Shown here: positions 62,048 through 64,000 of the stretch, piece by piece | How the letters are laid out: every line of letters starts with the position of its first letter | How positions within the stretch are numbered: position 1 is the first letter of the stretch | Virus record (IMG/VR): IMGVR_UViG_3300020576_005098 | Location: 23,264 to 87,263 of that record | Direction: 5' to 3' (one strand) | Length of the DNA: 64,000 bases | Origin: a virus | Lineage: Duplodnaviria > Caudoviricetes | Made by a program: the position numbers and the translations under genes | The notes under the pieces: generated by a model | The model's input: the letters and a program-made list of their open reading frames with translations, nothing else | Told to the model about the DNA's origin: nothing | Databases searched by the model: none

Positions 62048-62344
62048 TTACCGCTCCAGGTCGATGAAAATGGGATCGCCGTGGTTGTTGCTGATGAGAT
62101 CATTCAAGGCGAGGAGTAGCCCATTACAGGGATCGCCAGGAAACGTGCTGGGCGGAAAGTATTCCAAAAAGGAACCGATGTGAACGAGAGTGTGATCGGT
62201 GTCACCCCAAGTGAAACCTTCACCAATGGCTTCGGTCAAGAGGTTGTAAACCTCACCATCACGATCTCCGTTTGCCGTCAGGAAGGCCGCGATGGTGCTC
62301 AGGTTGAGAATGTGGAAGCTCTTGGTCTGGGTGGGGAGGTTCAT
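62048..62344 (-). CDS. hypothetical protein (FTWGD family)
   Basis: GFTWGDTDHTLV...IFIDLE. Confidence 0.65.
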   Translation of the reverse strand: MNLPTQTKSFHILNLSTIAAFLTANGDRDGEVYNLLTEAIGEGFTWGDTDHTLVHIGSFLEYFPPSTFPGDPCNGLLLALNDLISNNHGDPIFIDLER

Positions 62345-62377
62345 GGTTTTGTTTCCTGTCCGTCTTGGGATGATCTG

Positions 62378-62441
62378 ACTCTATCAGATCATCCTGCTGT
62401 AGTCAACGAGTTGTTTTTGTGGGAGTTGGCACGGGGCTTGC
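62378..62441. promoter_or_regulatory. composite element 9
   Basis: TTGACT-N17-TAGAGT (minus); TGGCACGGGGCTTGC (plus). Confidence 0.8.
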
Positions 62442-62482
62442 AGCCCCGCACTTTTCCAAAGATGTACTGAAAGAGAGATTTA

Positions 62483-62854
62483 TCAAGAAGGGAATGCGCG
62501 AAGAGCGTTTCGGAGATAACGGATCCGGATTTCCTGCTTGCAAATCCTTTCCCTGCATTCCTTCGCATACGCTTCAGCCTTCGTGGCTTGAGCGTAAAGT
62601 TCATCGGCAGAGTTGCCGAGAATGTTCTCGTGCTCCTCGTAACGCTTCTTTCGAGCAGCGGACACGACTTCGGGAAGATTCTCACCAGCGTTCTCCAACA
62701 GGCAAAGCTCTACAAACCCCGGAGGGGTTGGGGCGTTTACGATGCGCTGAGCAGCCTTTTGGATGAAAGCGCGATCAAGTGTGCTGATGCCCTCCAGCAC
62801 ACACCCCAGACACAAATCAACAAACAAAGAAATCGCTTCGTTGGAGAGGTTCAT
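62483..62854 (-). CDS. hypothetical protein
   Basis: Start ATG 62854 (MNLSNEA). Confidence 0.6.
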   Translation of the reverse strand: MNLSNEAISLFVDLCLGCVLEGISTLDRAFIQKAAQRIVNAPTPPGFVELCLLENAGENLPEVVSAARKKRYEEHENILGNSADELYAQATKAEAYAKECRERICKQEIRIRYLRNALRAFPS

Positions 62855-62915
62855 GGTTTTGCTTCCTTTTCTTGTCTGAGAAGATGCCGAGTTGTTGCCC
62901 TCTCTTGATGATCTG

Positions 62916-62979
62916 ACTCTATCAGAGGTTGCTGGAGGAGTCAACGACTAAATCTGAGTCGGGTTGGCATGAAGGTTGC
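62916..62979. promoter_or_regulatory. composite element 10
   Basis: TTGACT-N17-TAGAGT (minus); TGGCATGAAGGTTGC (plus). Confidence 0.78.
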
Positions 62980-63056
62980 ATGACAGCAGCCACATCTTGA
63001 GAATGGTTCGAGGATGGTTTTTAAGGGTCGGGGAAAACCCGGAACGGGTCAGAGAT

Positions 63057-63099
63057 CGTCAGAAATGCCGAAGGCCCCAGAAGGGGCCTTCTCGTGTCA
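63057..63099. terminator. hairpin repeat copy 2, possible terminator
   Basis: One mismatch to 59097-59139. Confidence 0.55.
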
Positions 63100-63108
63100 A
63101 GGATCGTG

Positions 63109-63603
63109 TCATGGCAGCTCGTCGGGTTCGAGGCCGTTGATTTTGACGAAAACGGCACCTCGCGCACCATCACCAACAGCAGCATCAAACCCAGCCTTTT
63201 CTAAAACAACCTGAACCTCTGCGGCAAGGGCGGGTGAACAAAACGAGGCGTAATATTTTCCGTCAAGCCGCTGAGCAAACTCACAGCAATAATCCCGTTC
63301 AACACGCTGAATAACGGAACGGTTATCATTACTGAGTCGTCCGAGCGTGGTTTTGATTACGCCATTGGGAGCGAATTCGTTACCACGTTCAAGAGTTTTT
63401 TTGAACACCGTTGCAATGGCTTTGCTGGAGAAGCTGCCTTCGGCGCGGACCATGCCGCCCTTTTCGGAAAGGACGACAAAGATTTGGGAGTTGTCGTTAT
63501 CGTGAATGTCCACAGCCAACCTGCCCACAGCTTGAACAGAAACGCTTGGTCTTGATTGGAGTGCAATCCGAAACGGGAACACTCCAAACCCTGTCATCAC
63601 CAA
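63109..63603 (-). CDS. hypothetical protein (start uncertain)
   Basis: Open frame; 5' part overlaps next ORF, alternative ATG 63453. Confidence 0.45.
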   Translation of the reverse strand: MVMTGFGVFPFRIALQSRPSVSVQAVGRLAVDIHDNDNSQIFVVLSEKGGMVRAEGSFSSKAIATVFKKTLERGNEFAPNGVIKTTLGRLSNDNRSVIQRVERDYCCEFAQRLDGKYYASFCSPALAAEVQVVLEKAGFDAAVGDGARGAVFVKINGLEPDELP

Positions 63604-63703
63604 TCATCACGACCTTTGCGGTTTCCTTGCGCTTCACAATCACATGAAACGCAATGCCATTCCAGCCAGAAACAGTGACGTTCATTCCACCACGAATAGT
63701 CAT
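63497..63703 (-). CDS. hypothetical protein
   Basis: 68 aa, AAGGAAAA RBS-like. Confidence 0.55.
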   Translation of the reverse strand: MTIRGGMNVTVSGWNGIAFHVIVKRKETAKVVMIGDDRVWSVPVSDCTPIKTKRFCSSCGQVGCGHSR

Positions 63704-63727
63704 GTGTTATTTTCCTTTTGGTTTTAT

Positions 63728-63940
63728 TCAGAGGTTTTCGAAATCGACTTCTTCTACGTTGAAGGATCGGTGTTGTGGCTGTTCACTCACCCATTTTTGA
63801 GCAGATTCTGCCGTGCGAAAAGATTTCCGCAAAACAACAACCTCTTCTTCGTGAGAGTAATAGCGATTTGTAACTTCTTCGTGAGAGTAATAGCGATTTG
63901 TAACCTGCTCAGTAACAACCCAAACCGTTTGCTGTTCCAC
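63728..63940 (-). CDS. hypothetical protein with internal 10-aa duplication
   Basis: 30-bp perfect tandem duplication 63845-63904. Confidence 0.55.
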   Translation of the reverse strand: MEQQTVWVVTEQVTNRYYSHEEVTNRYYSHEEEVVVLRKSFRTAESAQKWVSEQPQHRSFNVEEVDFENL

Positions 63941-64000
63941 TTGATCTCTCCTGCCTTAATGCCCTTGCTCAGACCTTCGTCTTGCAAAAGGAACCGTCAT

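Overview
Fragment of a large (jumbo-type) T4-like dsDNA phage genome in standard genetic code. 1-26.8 kb is a morphogenesis/replication core: gp20-like portal, GroEL, primase, a fused Mre11/SbcD-Rad50/SbcC protein, UvsE, a terminase large subunit with a mini-intein, and a truncated sigma70-family factor. 26.9-34.1 kb is an RNA-gene island: about 35 tRNA or tRNA-like genes, a tmRNA, three unexplained structured RNAs, and a tRNA-Ile(UAU) split by a compact group I intron. 34.5-43.3 kb is a cluster of putative protein-modifying enzymes (ART-like, GNAT-like, kinase-like, zinc protease). Many of these share an N-terminal L-x-x-(I/F)-L-F-x(0-2)-E tag and an upstream TA(C/G/T)(C/T)TA motif. DnaE lies at 43.3-47.0 kb. 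47-64 kb is a minus-strand early/accessory region of small ORFs, with ten copies of a fixed-geometry element: a sigma70-type promoter back-to-back with a sigma54-type -24/-12 box. All family assignments come from motif recognition by eye; no searches were run.
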